Assembly (NCBI RefSeq): GCF_006345805.1
Contig: NC_043024.1
Coordinates: forward strand, 18,786,001-18,850,000
Source: Octopus sinensis
Taxonomy: Eukaryota
Reading direction: 5' to 3'
DNA length: 64,000 nucleotides
The notes under the pieces are model-generated. The model saw nothing but the letters and a program-made list of their open reading frames with translations, was not told where the DNA came from and did not search any database. The translations under genes were made by a program, and so were the position numbers. Positions 50,000 through 62,759 of the stretch are shown piece after piece (position 1 is the stretch's first letter; each line of letters begins with the position of its first letter).

Positions 50000-50975
50000 T
50001 GTCATCATCATCATCATGATCGTTTAATGTCCACTTTCCATGCTAGCATGGATTGGATGGTTTGACAGGGGACTGGTGAACCAGATGGCTGCACCAGGTT
50101 CCAATCTGATCTGGCAGTTTCTACAGCTAGATGCCCTTCCTAACGCCAACCACTCCGAGAGTGAAGTGGGTGCTTTTACATACCACCAGCATGAGGGCCA
50201 GTCAGGCGCTACTGGCAATGGCCATGCTCAAATGGTGTTTTTTATGTGCCACCTGCACAGGAGTCAATCCAGCGGCACTGGCAATGACCTCGCTCAAATA
50301 TTTTTCATTTGCCACTGGCACAGGTGCTAGTAAGGCGATGCTGGTAATGATTGTACTCGAATGGTGCTTTTTACGTGCCCCTGGTATGGAAGTCAGTCAG
50401 CTGCTCTGGCAATGATCAGGCTCAGATGGTGCTCTAGGCACTCCACTAGCACGGACACCAGTCATTGAATTTGATTTCGATTTCACTTGCCTTAACAGGT
50501 CTATGCAAGCAGAGTTTAGTGTCGAATGAAGGAAAGGTATGCATAGGTGGCCTGGTTACACCCCTGGCATATGCCACGAGGTTATGGCCTCACTTGGCTT
50601 GCCGGGTCTTCTCAAGCACAGCATATTTCCAAAGGTCTTGGTCACTTGTAATTGCCTTGGTGAGGCCTAATGTTCAAAGGTCATGCTTCACCACCTCATC
50701 CCAGGCCTTCTTGGGTCTACCTCTTCCACAGGTTCCCTCAACCACTAGGGTGTGACACTTTTCACACAGCTATCCTCATCCATTCTCATTACATGACCAT
50801 ACCAGCAGTTACCTCTCTTGCACACCACATCTGATGCTTCTTAGCTCCAACTTTTCTCTCAAGGTACTTACACTCTGATATTACACATCTGCACACTGAT
50901 ATTACACATCCACCAGAGCATACTGGCTTCATTTCTTGCAAGCTTACATATGCCTTCAGCAGTCACGGCCCATAT
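50000..50975 (-). mobile_element. 5'-truncated, decayed RTE LINE
   Basis: Homologous to 36845-37880 (RT C-terminus and family B 3'UTR). Confidence 0.85.
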
Positions 50976-50990
50976 ATATATATATATATA

Positions 50991-51026
<36 letters not shown>

Positions 51027-52139
51027 GAAATATAGCATCATAATTTAAAGCAAATGAAACCATAGTACTGGGAAGAATTTAAACTCTAGTGATGAATAGG
51101 CATTTCTGATATCTCATGCTTATATATTCCAAATATATTGTCATTGTATTCCATATTTGTGAAGTTCCTTTGTACAATATCATAATGGTATGTTTATATT
51201 TTTTTAATATTTTAATATGATTTTAATATTTTCTCCAGCCCATGCTATTGTGCAATCCATGCCAGCATAGAGCATGGACATTAAATGCAGGAGATATTTT
51301 GTATGCATCTGTAACTGTCTTTTAAATTAATTCTGCTAAATTGTTTATGACACTTAAGCATAAAATCCAGATGCAAAGATCACAAATATACATATATTGC
51401 TTCTTATGGCAACAACTGTATCAGAAGTCAGTAAATTTCAATACACCAAAATATAAAGAACTATAAAATTATAAATCAAAGGAGATTGAATAACATCAGG
51501 TAGGAATTTAAACCTCAGAGACTAACAGACACTTCTGATATCTTAAACATATACATTCTAAATACATTATTATAGTATTCCATATCTCTTAAGATTCTAA
51601 GTGCAATGTTATTATTATCGCATGCTTACACATTTTATGACTAAATTTTCTATGCAGCCGTAACTGTCTTTTACATTATGTCTATTAAATTGTTATGGTA
51701 CTCAATGTAGAAATCTAGATACAGAGATCAGCTCACAAATATACATATATTACCTCTTATGGCTGCAAGTGTATTAGTAATTAGTAAATTTCAACACCCC
51801 AAGGTGTAAAGAAATGAATGATTTTAGTCGAAACAGATCAAACAATATAACTGGAAGGAATTTAAATTTCAGTGACTAACAGACATTTCTGATATCTTAA
51901 GCTTATATATTCCAAATACATTCTGCTTTCACAGGTGCCAGTCATTTGACTGCAGCCATCCTGAGTTGTTAGAACATCAAATAAGACTCTGTCATACATA
52001 TATGTATAAATATTTTTACTTTTTTATATATCTATTTTATTTAATTTATTTTTAAATCTTATTTTATTGATTTAAAAAAAAAATTACATACCTTTTACAT
52101 TTTTTATTTTTTATTTTATCTTTTTTATGTATGTATAAG

Positions 52140-52545
52140 CTGCTCTGTGTCAGATGCCAGAATGATATTTAGTCCCTCTATGGAGTGTTTGGGTGTTGGT
52201 TTGGTGTCTGGCACAGGATAGCTTACCTCATGGGCAGGTTTGTTTATTGTTTGTTCCTTCTCGAGCCATGCCTGGCTCATAAGGGCCAGTTTCTCAGTTT
52301 CCTTGGCATATAGATTCTTCACCTGGACAGGACGCCAGTCCGTCGCAGGTGAGCTGCAAGATGCAGGAGGAAAAAGTGAGAGAAAGTTGTGGCGAAAGAG
52401 TCAGCAGAAATTTGCCATTACTTTCTGCCAGAGCCACGTGTTTCACATATAAACACACACATCACCCAGTCTAAGATTCGAACCCGTGATCCCCCGACCA
52501 TGAGACCACTGCTCTAACCACTAGGCCATATGACTCCACTCATGG
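52140..52545 (-). mobile_element. Family D SINE with V-domain-like module
   Basis: Minus strand GACGGACTGGCGTCCTGTCCAGG after the shared head/body. Confidence 0.7.
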
Positions 52546-52889
52546 GCAGGTAGATGCTCTTTAACTTTGGTTACTAATCTACCCAGGAGAAGGAAATCTC
52601 CAATATAAAACCTGAGGCCTTGGAAGTTCCCAGTTTTGTCAATTTTCATGTCACACTGGTGAAAGTATTCTTGGTCCAATAGGTGGGGGTAGGGCAATAC
52701 AAGCTACACCCAGTGAAAATTATTCATCTGCACAGGTACTCCCTGTACACCAAATCAGAGTAAAATCATTGAATTGGTTGGCAGAAATCTAAAAATGCAC
52801 TTGCAGCTTACTCTGAAATGTCTCAAACAGATTCAGTAAATGGGAAAAACGAACCATATCATGCTATATAAAACTGATAAAAGATGGGT

Positions 52890-53265
52890 TTCTTATCGTT
52901 GGCAGTATTTATGCACCAACAATGTGCTGTTCTGATGAAACTGTAGGACAGTTTTATGATGATCTAGCACAATTATCAAAGAAAGTACCAGGTTCTGACA
53001 AACTGGTCATATTGGGAGATTTCAAGGCAAGAGTTGGAAAGGGCTATGTTTCAGGGCCTGTTTTGGGCTGAAATGGGATTGGAAAATGTAATAAAAATGG
53101 AGTAGATCTTTTGATGTTTTGTACTGAAAATAATCTTGTTGTTACTAATACTCTGTTTAAGCAGAAAATAGCTGCAGGAGAAATACCTAGCCTAAGATAA
53201 ACCTCTGTGCCTGGATTTTATTGACATGGAGAAAGTCTTTGACAGGGTTCCCCGATCCATTATTC
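52890..53265 (+). pseudogene. RTE apurinic endonuclease fragment fused to an RT fragment
   Basis: SIYAPT...FYDDL...KLVILGDFKARVG...NKNGVDLLMFCTENNLVVTNTLFKQK, then DMEKVFDRVPR. Confidence 0.85.
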
Positions 53266-53445
53266 CAAACTGCATCTCACCTAGACTGACTCTCCCTAAT
53301 TAGTTGGGCTATGACCCTCTCTATGACTTTCATTACTTGATCCAATAACTTGATACCTCTGTAATTTTTCACATCTAATGCATCACCTTTACCTTTGTAG
53401 CAGTTGACTATGGTTCCGTTACACCAGTCATTGGGTATGGCTCCT

Positions 53446-53832
53446 TCATGTATCACCTGATTGATTATACAGGTGAAACTGATTTACTATTTGATCTTCA
53501 TCGATAAAACGAATGAATGCTAAGAGTTGCACCTTGTTGGTGATGTCTCTTGACTCATTAACTTGGAATGCAAAAGGTGAGTACTTAAGTTTATTTCTAC
53601 ATACATTTTTCTCAATATCAGAAGACATTTCTAAACTACACCTGTGAACTTTATCGTTGGACAGTGGAATCTTGCTTAATTCTTTTGCTGCTTCATTCCC
53701 AAGCATTGCCAAGTCTACCTTTTTGCATGCAAGCAAAATGAGTGACTCGTCTATAGTATAAACTTTCATATTTTGTGCTATCAATTCTGAAACTTCGTAG
53801 GAAGCGATTTGAGCTTTCTCAGAGACAATCAT
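53446..53832 (-). pseudogene. hAT (Buster/Charlie, ZBED5-like) transposase fragment
   Basis: ASYEVSELIAQNMKVYTIDESLIL...KIPLSNDKVHR...FAFQVNESRDITNKVQLLAFIRF. Confidence 0.85.
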
Positions 53833-54050
53833 TTTATTGGGTTGTCCGGAAAGTTCATGCCGATATATAGTAGCTTACCTTTCGACTTATTTTAGAACAT
53901 TGCTGAGTCCATAAAATAGAATTTGACTACACCTCCATTTAGAGCACAGTTTAAGCTATCTTTTCGTGGAAGAAGATTTATGTTCCTATAACCTGTTAAT
54001 TTTGTAACCCTTTAAAATGGAAGATAAGAAAGTTCATTTTCGGCACTTGA
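53833..54050 (+). mobile_element. mariner 5' end
   Basis: TA-TTGGGTTGTCCGGAAAGTTC TIR-like start; MEDKKVHFRHLMLW. Confidence 0.75.
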
Positions 54051-54573
54051 TGCTTTGGGAACCAGACAAAAATTGCACTTCTGTGTCTGTGTTTGTCCTC
54101 CGTTTGGCAACTGGTGTTGATGTGTTTACATCCTATGATTTAGCAGCTCAGCAAAAAGAAACTGACAGAATAAATACCAGGCTTTAGTAAAAAGCAGAAA
54201 AGGCAAGTACCAGGATTGATTCGTTTGGCTAAAATCCTTCAACGTGGTGATCCAGCATGACTGAAACTAACAAAGGATATAAACAGAAAAGAAAGAAAAC
54301 AACCAAATACTGTCATACAAAACATTTCAAAACTGTGTCAAAGCACAAAGAATTTGCAGTCCAAGAAACCCCTAAAACCAAATTCCGTTTTGAAAATATC
54401 AAAGAACAGCAAAATGAGGAAAAAATGTGTAATGAATAAAAAAATATTTTGAATTTATTCAGCAGTTAATCTTTAGTTGTCTGCCAGGGTGTATATCAAT
54501 ATTATTTTCTTTTTATTCTTTTACTTGTTTCAGTCACTTTGACTGTGGCCATGCTGGAGCACCGCCTTTATAA

Positions 54574-54677
54574 AAAAAATATGGAACACTTCACGAATTT
54601 GTGTGTCATCCTTGCGCAGAGGCCATGCTAATCTTCTCAGTATCGTTCCAATTTTAGTATATGTATTGCCGAAGTAT
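54574..54677 (-). pseudogene. U6: U6 snRNA processed pseudogene
   Basis: Minus strand CTTCGGCAATACATATACTAAAATTGGAACGATACTGAGAAGATTAGCATGGCCTCTGCGCAAGGATGACACACAAATTCGTGAAGTGTTCCATATTTT; ACAGAGA box mutated to ACTGAGA (54639). Confidence 0.93.
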
Positions 54678-55149
54678 ATGTATTAAATATATAACATTAA
54701 TCTGTTTATTACGAGATTAATCCATTTCCTTTATCTCAGAATCTTTGATTTTATCCCAAATTCATGCTGAAAGATGAAAATCAAAATTTCTTTAGTAACA
54801 CAAATATCTCTTGAAAGGTTGCTTAATAAATATAGATCTTATTTTGTTGCTTTTATGTGAAAGCAGATGATGGCTCAAAGAGAATCTAGATCAGAAATTT
54901 CAATTCTTGTAAAGCGAAAAGATGGGTTTTGGAGATTCTTAGAAGACTCTTTAATGATTCTCTGAAAATTGCCTTCAAGACATTTGGTTTCTCTCTTGTA
55001 TTTGGTATCTCGCTTTCGTAAAAGTTATTTAGATTAAAAACTAGCTTGCTTCCCTCTTCAGCTCATGTATGAACGCCAGTATTTGCATACACATATGTAT
55101 GGCTGCGTATTTATATAAATATATGTATAGAGAGATGGATGGATGTATA

Positions 55150-55550
55150 TATCCTCATCATCATCATCACTGTCATTGTTTAATGTCCATTTTCCATGCT
55201 GGTATGGGTTGGACAGTTTAACCAGAGCTGATAAGGCTAAGAACAACACAAGACTCCATGTTTGTTTTGGCATGATTTCTATGCCTGGATGCCCTTCCTA
55301 ATGCCGACCACTCCGCAGAGTGTACAGGATGATTTTTATGTGACATCAACACCAGTGCTTTTAACATGACACCAGCACATACGCTTTTTATGTGGCACCA
55401 GCATGAGTGCTTTTCATGTGGTACTGGCTCCAGCATCAATTCCGCTGAGGTGGACAGGTTTTCTTCAGTACAGCAAGGCACCAGGTATCACAATCCTTTG
55501 TCATCACCTTCATAAGGATCAGCATCTTAAGATCTGCTTCTATTTTACAT
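55150..55550 (-). mobile_element. Diverged family B copy
   Basis: GGATGCCCTTCCTAATGCCGACCACTCC and (CAT)n tail. Confidence 0.7.
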
Positions 55551-55968
55551 TTTTGATGACGCAAGTTCACTAGTATACACACACACACACACATGTATAT
55601 ATATATACGAATTTTTTGTGTAATGAGATAAAAAGACCAAAGTTGTATAGATATTAGAGCATTTATAGATAGAAGGGATATTATTATTAATTAATATCCT
55701 AGAAACAGCTGTAAGACCTTCTATCTATAAATGCTCTAATATCTATACAGCCTTGGTTTTTTTTATCCCATTACGCAAAAAATTCATATATACACACACT
55801 GACATAGAACCAATGTTGAACCCTTTATTCGCAATATTACCGAATCTGGAACTTAACGATGGTCTGTCTGTACCACTTATTCAGCATTACCTGACACATT
55901 TGGGTCTCAATGACACCATTATCTCTTATAACCTCAACTTATATATATATATATATACTATTACTATT

Positions 55969-56012
<44 letters not shown>

Positions 56013-56039
56013 ACTTTACCAATTCATAAATGCAAACTA

Positions 56040-56420
56040 GATATTAAGCTGACATTTACCACCGAAGCCCAGTCATCTCCTGTTTACATAGGGCCAACTT
56101 AATTAAAAATCCCTTCCATAGAAGTATTTGAGTGCCCGTCTGTAGTAGTATAAACCTCTTAGGGCCACTTCCTGCCCACTGTTAAGCAGCTGGTGTTCAG
56201 CTGTGAAAATATGGAATGTTTCTCCTATGCATAGATTGCATCTTCCCCCACCACCCCAATTACATAAGGGTCAGCTAAGCCTATTATTTCCCATTCTATA
56301 TTAATGTTAGTGTTTCTATATTTAAGGACCAGATAAACACAAGCCCATACCATGCATTTTCTCTGTATTCCTCTCTAATGTTAGCTAAACCTACATACAG
56401 TCAGTTTGCTTGAGACCACG
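56040..56420 (-). pseudogene. PLE GIY-YIG C-terminal remnant
   Basis: FIWSLN...EWEIIGLADPY..GGRCNLCIGE...LLN, matching the PLE motif YIWSLK..IKW.I...PY...RCNLCL.EK; frameshifts. Confidence 0.75.
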
Positions 56421-56773
56421 TCAGTGGATGGACTTCGAATAAAGTTACAGTTGAAAGGAACAGGATGCAAATATAATTGCTAATTTTCTATGCAGCAATG
56501 TGCATCAGACAAATTTGAATCAAATATGCTGTATTAATTAACTGTAGAAATAATATGCATATGTACTAATTTCCATATTCATTGTAATTGTCTTGAACAT
56601 ACAGTTGGTAGAATATTCATAATCCAATGAAGTGAATCAGGATTTACCCATCAAATGCTCATACCATGCATTTTCTGTCTATCCCTAAGTAATCCTAGGA
56701 GCTCCTTACAACCCGATGTGGTTAGCCTGAACCTGGATTATAAAGGGGTGCTCATATAGTGTCTGCCTGGATA

Positions 56774-57193
56774 ATCGTGACATACATTTGCCATTTAAAT
56801 ATGGCTAACCCCTAAGGGTGGATGCTACTGTAGTTTGTAGCCCAGGAGGACACCTCCTCCAGCTGGCTATAGACACACTTTCTGTGCCCTATCACTTTTT
56901 CGATATCAGTGTCTATCAATACTGGAAAAAGGTTTAAGTATTTGTGAAGGGAACCTACTTTTCATCGACAACTGTGATTGTCACACGCCGATGAAGGGTC
57001 AATACCCAGAAAATCGAGTCCGTGTGTATCATAAGTTGAAGATGGGAAGGATGGCTTCCCTTTGCAAACACTGATAGAGCACAGAAAGTGTGTCTATGAC
57101 CAGCTGGAGGAGGTGTCCTCCTGGGTCTACAAACAACAGTAGCATCCACCCTTAGGGGTTAGCCATATTTAAATGGCAAATATATGTCACGAT
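56774..57193. repeat. Inverted repeat, ~114-bp arms, hammerhead in the spacer
   Basis: 56774-56887 versus 57079-57193, about 95% identical. Confidence 0.9.
56982..57026 (+). ncRNA. Type I hammerhead motif (U4C core, slightly decayed)
   Basis: CACACG / CCGAUGA / A-GGGU-CAAU-ACCC-A / GAAA / AUCGAG / UC / CGUGUG; mismatches at 10.1:11.1 and 15.2:16.2 (ancestral stem III probably palindromic CUCGAG). Confidence 0.75.
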
Positions 57194-57237
57194 GTGTTGT
57201 AGCTACTGTTTATAACTCGCTCTGAGATTTATTATTG

Positions 57238-57276
<39 letters not shown>

Positions 57277-58189
57277 GGCGGTGCCCCAGCATGGCCACAG
57301 CTCATTAGCTGAAACTGGAAAAATCAAAATCAAAATCAAAATCATATATATATTTATTTATTTTCTTGTACATGTATTTTTATCTTGTAATTTATTTTGT
57401 ATTTTTATTTGTATCGTTTTTACGTCCTGTTTGTGTTACATTTTATTATTTTTCTTTCATGTTTTTACCCCTCTGCAAAGTAATTTTATTTTAATTCTCT
57501 CGCAGGAAGGGCTAGTTTCGATGAGTCGTGTTCTGTCTTACCTTCGAAACACGCTAGAGTCGAACTAGAGACAGCTGATGAAGGGGATTTTTCCTTGTGT
57601 AGTTTGTCTTGTACTCTGTTTTCCGGTTGTAAAAAAATGGTTTGTTCCATGCTTGTTTTTCCGTTTTCATTTCTCGTTGAGTTCTACATCTAGTTGTGGT
57701 GTCCTGTACTCACGTATATTTTTATATATGCATGTATATATACATGTAGATGTAGGTACGTACATATATGTTTGTATGTATGCATATATTTTATTTATTA
57801 CACTATATATATATATATATGCCTTTCTCCTTGGTAGCTTTCTTCAGGTATCTAGGTTCCAGTTCAATCTACTGATGATACCTCTCTGTACAAACATATT
57901 TTTTCTACACAAGAATTACATCTTTGGTTTAATTTGCGAGCTTATTATTCACTGCGACATGTATCCCTGCAGAGAAATGTCCACACATTATATTTTGCGC
58001 AGCTCGTTGCAGACAACTAAGCCGATTCATGTTACAAAATACATTTGTATATTCTTCTGCAATATTGCCAAGTAAGGAAAAAACAAAATTACGATGTCTA
58101 CTTTATGCTAACAATATACAAATATATTACTAGTCTCCTTAAAGAGCTGTTGGAAAATTCCAGAAGGTTGCAATATTAATTTTTAAAAA

Positions 58190-58349
58190 TTTTATCTTAT
58201 TTTAGTTGATATATATATGTATGTATGTATGTATGTATATATATATATATGTATGTATATATATATGTATATATATATATGTGTATGTATATATATATGT
58301 ATGTATGTATAAATATATGTATGTATGTATGTATGTATGTATATGTATG

Positions 58350-58381
<32 letters not shown>

Positions 58382-58753
58382 TGTATGTATGTATATATAT
58401 GTATGTATGTATATATATATATGTATGTATGTATATGTATGTATGTATATATGTATGTATGTATGTATATATATGTGTGTATGTATGTATATATATGTAT
58501 GTATGTATATATATATGTATGTATATATATGTATATATGTATGTATGTATGTATATGTATGTATGTATATGTATATGTATGTATGTATGTATGTATATGT
58601 ATGTATGTATATGTTTGTGTGTATTTATATAGATACATATTATATGTATACATAAATATATTATATATATATACACACATACATATATATATACACACAC
58701 ATATACAATATATATATACATACATACATATATATACACATACATATATATAC

Positions 58754-58784
<31 letters not shown>

Positions 58785-58860
58785 CATACACACACACACA
58801 TGCATATATATGTACATACACACATATATATATATATGTGTATATATATGTATATATTAT
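58190..58860. repeat. (ATGT)n/(AT)n microsatellite
   Basis: Direct observation. Confidence 0.95.
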
Positions 58861-59279
58861 TGACAACAGACAATCTTAACCATGTAGGTAATCCTTCCTT
58901 TCCTGTTTCATCTGACTTTTGCAATGAAAGGTTTTTTTTTCTGCAACTGAAGAACGGCTAGCAGCTATTCCAATTGATAACATTCTGAAAATGGAATATT
59001 CTGCCAAAGTAATCTTTGACAAATAATGTATTTCTTTCCTTAAGAACAATTCTGCTTTCTTTTTTTTTTGTATTTTTTGATTTTTGAAATCTGTTGTGTT
59101 TTTGTTGTCACTTTTTTTTTTTTTTTCTTGAAGTAATTTTGATGTGAAATTTCCATTAAGTTACTGGTGAGAAATTTAGATTTTCAGTGCTGAAGAACAC
59201 CCGAATGCCAAAAAAAAAAATAGAAACACTTTCCTGACTTTAACAAGAAATATGAATGTGATGTAAGTCTTTGGATAAC

Positions 59280-60360
59280 AACCTACTTTGAGACCATTTA
59301 GAGCTGTAGGATACACATTTCCTGTTTTAAATTGATCTAAATTTAAACTTTCCACCGAAATTGTATGTTAACAAAGAACAAAGTTATTTTACTAAATTCT
59401 TTGTCAAAATTAATTGAAACAAAGATGGTGTATTAGGAAAGAAATATGGTAACTAAAGGGTTAAAATGACCTAAATTAAAACATTCTTTCAAAAGTTTGT
59501 GTTCATTTATGTTTGAAATGCTAACTTAATAATGATAAAGTTAGTTTTCTAAATTTGTCCAAAATTAATAGCAATTAAAATGATGCATTTCAACAGAAAT
59601 ATGGTAGCAAAAGAATTAAAAATCACAAAATTATTTTATTAAATTCTTCAAAATTTTTCAAAATTAATTAAAACAAAAGCAGTGTCATCCTCATCATCAT
59701 TATCATCATTGTCATTGTTTAACGTCCGTTTTCCATGCTGGCATGGGTTGGATGGTTTGACTGAGGACTGACAAGCCAGGAGACTGCACCAGGCTCCAAT
59801 CTGATCTGGCAGAGTTTCTACAGCTGGATGCCCTTCCTAATGCCAACCACTCTGAGATTGTAGTGGGTGATTTTTATTTTTTTACATTCCACCAGCACAG
59901 GAGCCAGTCAGGCGGCACTGGCATCGACCACGTTCAGATGGTGCTTTTTACCTGCCATCGGCACAGGAGCCAGTTGGCGAGGCACTAGAAAATTATGGTA
60001 ACAAAAAGGTTAAAGTGATCTAAACACCTCTCAAAATTTCATGATCATTTCTGTTTCAAACACTGGTTTAATAATGATGAAATTATTTAATTAAATTTGT
60101 CCAAAATGAATAGCAAGTAAAGGAATACATTTCAACAGAAATATGGAAACAAAGGAATCAATAATGACAATGTTATTTCACTAAATTCTTCATATTTTCA
60201 AAATTAATAGAAAACAGAGGCAGTGTATTTCTAAGGAAATATGGTAACAAATTTTTTAACACTTTCAATTCCAGTTCAACTGAAATTACCCTTTCTAATA
60301 CAATACAAATATTTTATTTTAAAGTGATCTAAATTTAAACTTTCCATCAAACTTAAATGT
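59280..60360. repeat. ~120-bp subunit array of the piggyBac-like family, with a family B insertion (59690-59985)
   Basis: Recurrent CAACAGAAATATGGTAACAAAAG.GTTAA / GTGATCTAAA..AAAC blocks. Confidence 0.7.
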
Positions 60361-60842
60361 TAGGAGTGGCTGTGTGGTAAGTAGCTTGCTTACCAGCCAC
60401 ATGGTTCCGGGTTCAGTCCCACTGTGTGGCACCTTGGGCAAGTGTCTTTTACTATAGCCTCGAGCCAACCAAAGCCTTGTGAGTGGATTTGGTAGATGGA
60501 AAATGAAAGAAGCCTGTCGTATATTTTTATTTATTTATCTAGTTCAGCTAATGAGCTGTGGCCATGCTGGGGCACTGACATTCATATATGTATATATATA
60601 TATATATATGTGTGTGTGTATATGTTTGTGTGTCTGTGTTTGTCACCCCCCCCCCCCACATCACTTGACAACCGATGCTGGTGTGTTTGGGTCCTCGTAA
60701 CTTAGTTGTTCGGCAAAAGAGACCGATAGAATAAGTAATGGGCTTACAAAGAATAAGTCCTGGGGTCAATTTGCTCGACTAAAGGCGGTGCTCTAGCATG
60801 GCCACAATCAAATGTCTGAAACAAGTAAAAGACTAAAAGAGT
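60360..60842 (+). mobile_element. Family A SINE
   Basis: Head AGGAGTGGCTGTGTGG; tail GAAACAAGTAAAAGA. Confidence 0.85.
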
Positions 60843-61036
60843 TAATTCATATTCCAAACACTAGGTTAATAATTGAAAACAAGGGCAGTATATTTCAACC
60901 GATACAGGGTCAAAATAATGGTTAACCCTTGTGATGCCAACTCAACTGAGATCGCTTCCAGCTCTGTTATACAAGCTTTCCATTTTAGCTGTTTAACATT
61001 CAGGTTATTCTGTCGAAGTAATACTTATTTATTCAC

Positions 61037-61044
<8 letters not shown>

Positions 61045-61069
<25 letters not shown>

Positions 61070-61320
61070 TGTTTAACGTCCGTTTTCCATCATCATCATC
61101 ATTGTTCGACCGTGGTCGAGACAATGGAATTTACCAAGTTGCGCCAGACTTCATGGTCCATCATAGCATTACGGAGGTCCTGTTGCTGGATGCCTGTATC
61201 CCTGGAGATTACATCAGGGTAGGAGAGTGTGCGCTCTCTGGTGTTGCGAGTAGATAGCTTCCAGAGGAGAAGAGTAGAAATTACTTCTTTTTCAGCTCTA
61301 CAACAATGTCCAGCAAACTG
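61045..61320 (-). mobile_element. 3' end of a second RTE-like LINE, inside or next to family B sequence
   Basis: RRVQFAGHCCRAEKEVISTLLLW...LSYPDVISRDTG...DLRNAMMDHEVWRNLV; (GAT)n tail. Confidence 0.75.
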
Positions 61321-61492
61321 GACTCTCCTACCTTTCACAAGCATGGGTTGGACGGTTTGACTGGGTCTGGGAAGCCAGGAGGCTGCACCAGGCTCCGGTC
61401 TTATCTGGCAATGTTTCTACAGCTGGATGCCCTTCCTAACGCCAACCACTCCGTGAGTGTAGTGGGTGCTTTTTACATGCCACCGGCACAGA

Positions 61493-61533
<41 letters not shown>

Positions 61534-62024
61534 AAAAATTAGAAAAAAAACACCTTTCTAAATTGAATTTTTTTCCTTGTAAGTTAGGATTAATATTCCC
61601 TCAAATAATTATTATATGTATATATGTATATATATAATCATCATCATCATCGTTTAACGTTCGTTTTCCATGCTAACATGAGTTGGACAGTTTTACTGGG
61701 GTCTGGGAAGCCAGGAAGCTGCACCAGGCTCCAGTCTGATCTGGCAGTGTTTCTACGGCTGGATGCCCTTCCTAACACCAACCATTCCATTAGTGTAGTG
61801 GGTGCTTTTTATGTACCACCGGCACCATGTTTTGAATTAATCATGCACTATCTCATAGCATCAAGACCTCAATAATGCAACTTCATCTTCAGAATGGCAT
61901 TGAAGGGTTGGTGTGAGAGGCCAGAACTGGCCAGTTGGAGGATAAAGCAGGTAGAATATAAGGGGCTGATAAGGCTGGTTTTACCCTTTGGTATTCAGAT
62001 TACTCTGTCAAATTTAATGCTTAT

Positions 62025-62412
62025 TTACTCTTTACTCTTTACTCTTTTACTTGTTTCAGTCATTTGACTGTGGCCATGCTGGAGCACCGCCTTTAGTCGA
62101 GCAAATCGACCCCAGGACTTATTCTTTGTAAGCCTAGTACTTATCCTATCGGTCTCTTTTGCCGAACTGCTAAGTGACGGGGACATAAACACGTCAGCAT
62201 CAGTTGTCAAGCGATGTTGGGGAGACAAACACAGACACACAAACATACACACACACACACACACACATATATATACATATATATATACGACGGGCTTCTT
62301 ACAGTTTCCGTCTACCAAATCCACTCACAAGGCTTTTGTCAGCCTGAGGCTGTAGTAGAAGACAGTTGCCCAAGGTGTCACGCAATGGGACTGAACCTGG
62401 AACCATGTGGTT
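62025..62412 (-). mobile_element. Family A SINE (full length)
   Basis: Head and tail motifs present. Confidence 0.9.
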
Positions 62413-62759
62413 GGTAGACAAGCTACTTACCACACAGCCACTCCTGCACCTATCCACACAGCCACTCCTGCACCTCCATGTTACTTTATGTTCCAAACAC
62501 CAGGTTAATAATGACATGGGAATTTTACTAAATCTTTCATTGTTTTCAAACTTAATTGCAATTAAATTTGGGCACGTTTATGCATGTTTATAGGAGCAGA
62601 ATTGGAATGGAAGGAAATGACAGCAGAAGAGACTGAGGAAGGCACAAGAATAAATGGTGACACTTGATCCCTGGAAGAGGAACCTTTCCCAAAGAAAATG
62701 ACAAAGGACTACAACAAAGAGAGGTTATTAAGTGCATGCAAGTATGTGAGAGCGGATGT

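Larger units (their letters stand above)
46300..51950. repeat. Old degenerate ~350-bp tandem repeat, fragmented by insertions
   Basis: Motif GGAATTTAA...CTGATATCTTAAG..TATATTCCAAAT recurs near 47321, 48724, 51072, 51503 and 51856; the last two are ~353 bp apart. Confidence 0.7.

Noticed and set aside
54574-54677. Functional U6 gene
   Set aside because: ACAGAGA box mutated, 5' stem decayed, CpG transitions, fused to a repeat tail.
57490-57600. Hammerhead (UCGAUGA...GAAA...GUC, and a nearby CUGAUGA)
   Set aside because: Stem I pairs, but stems II and III cannot be formed in register; the similar motif at ~43357-43415 is also too decayed to call.
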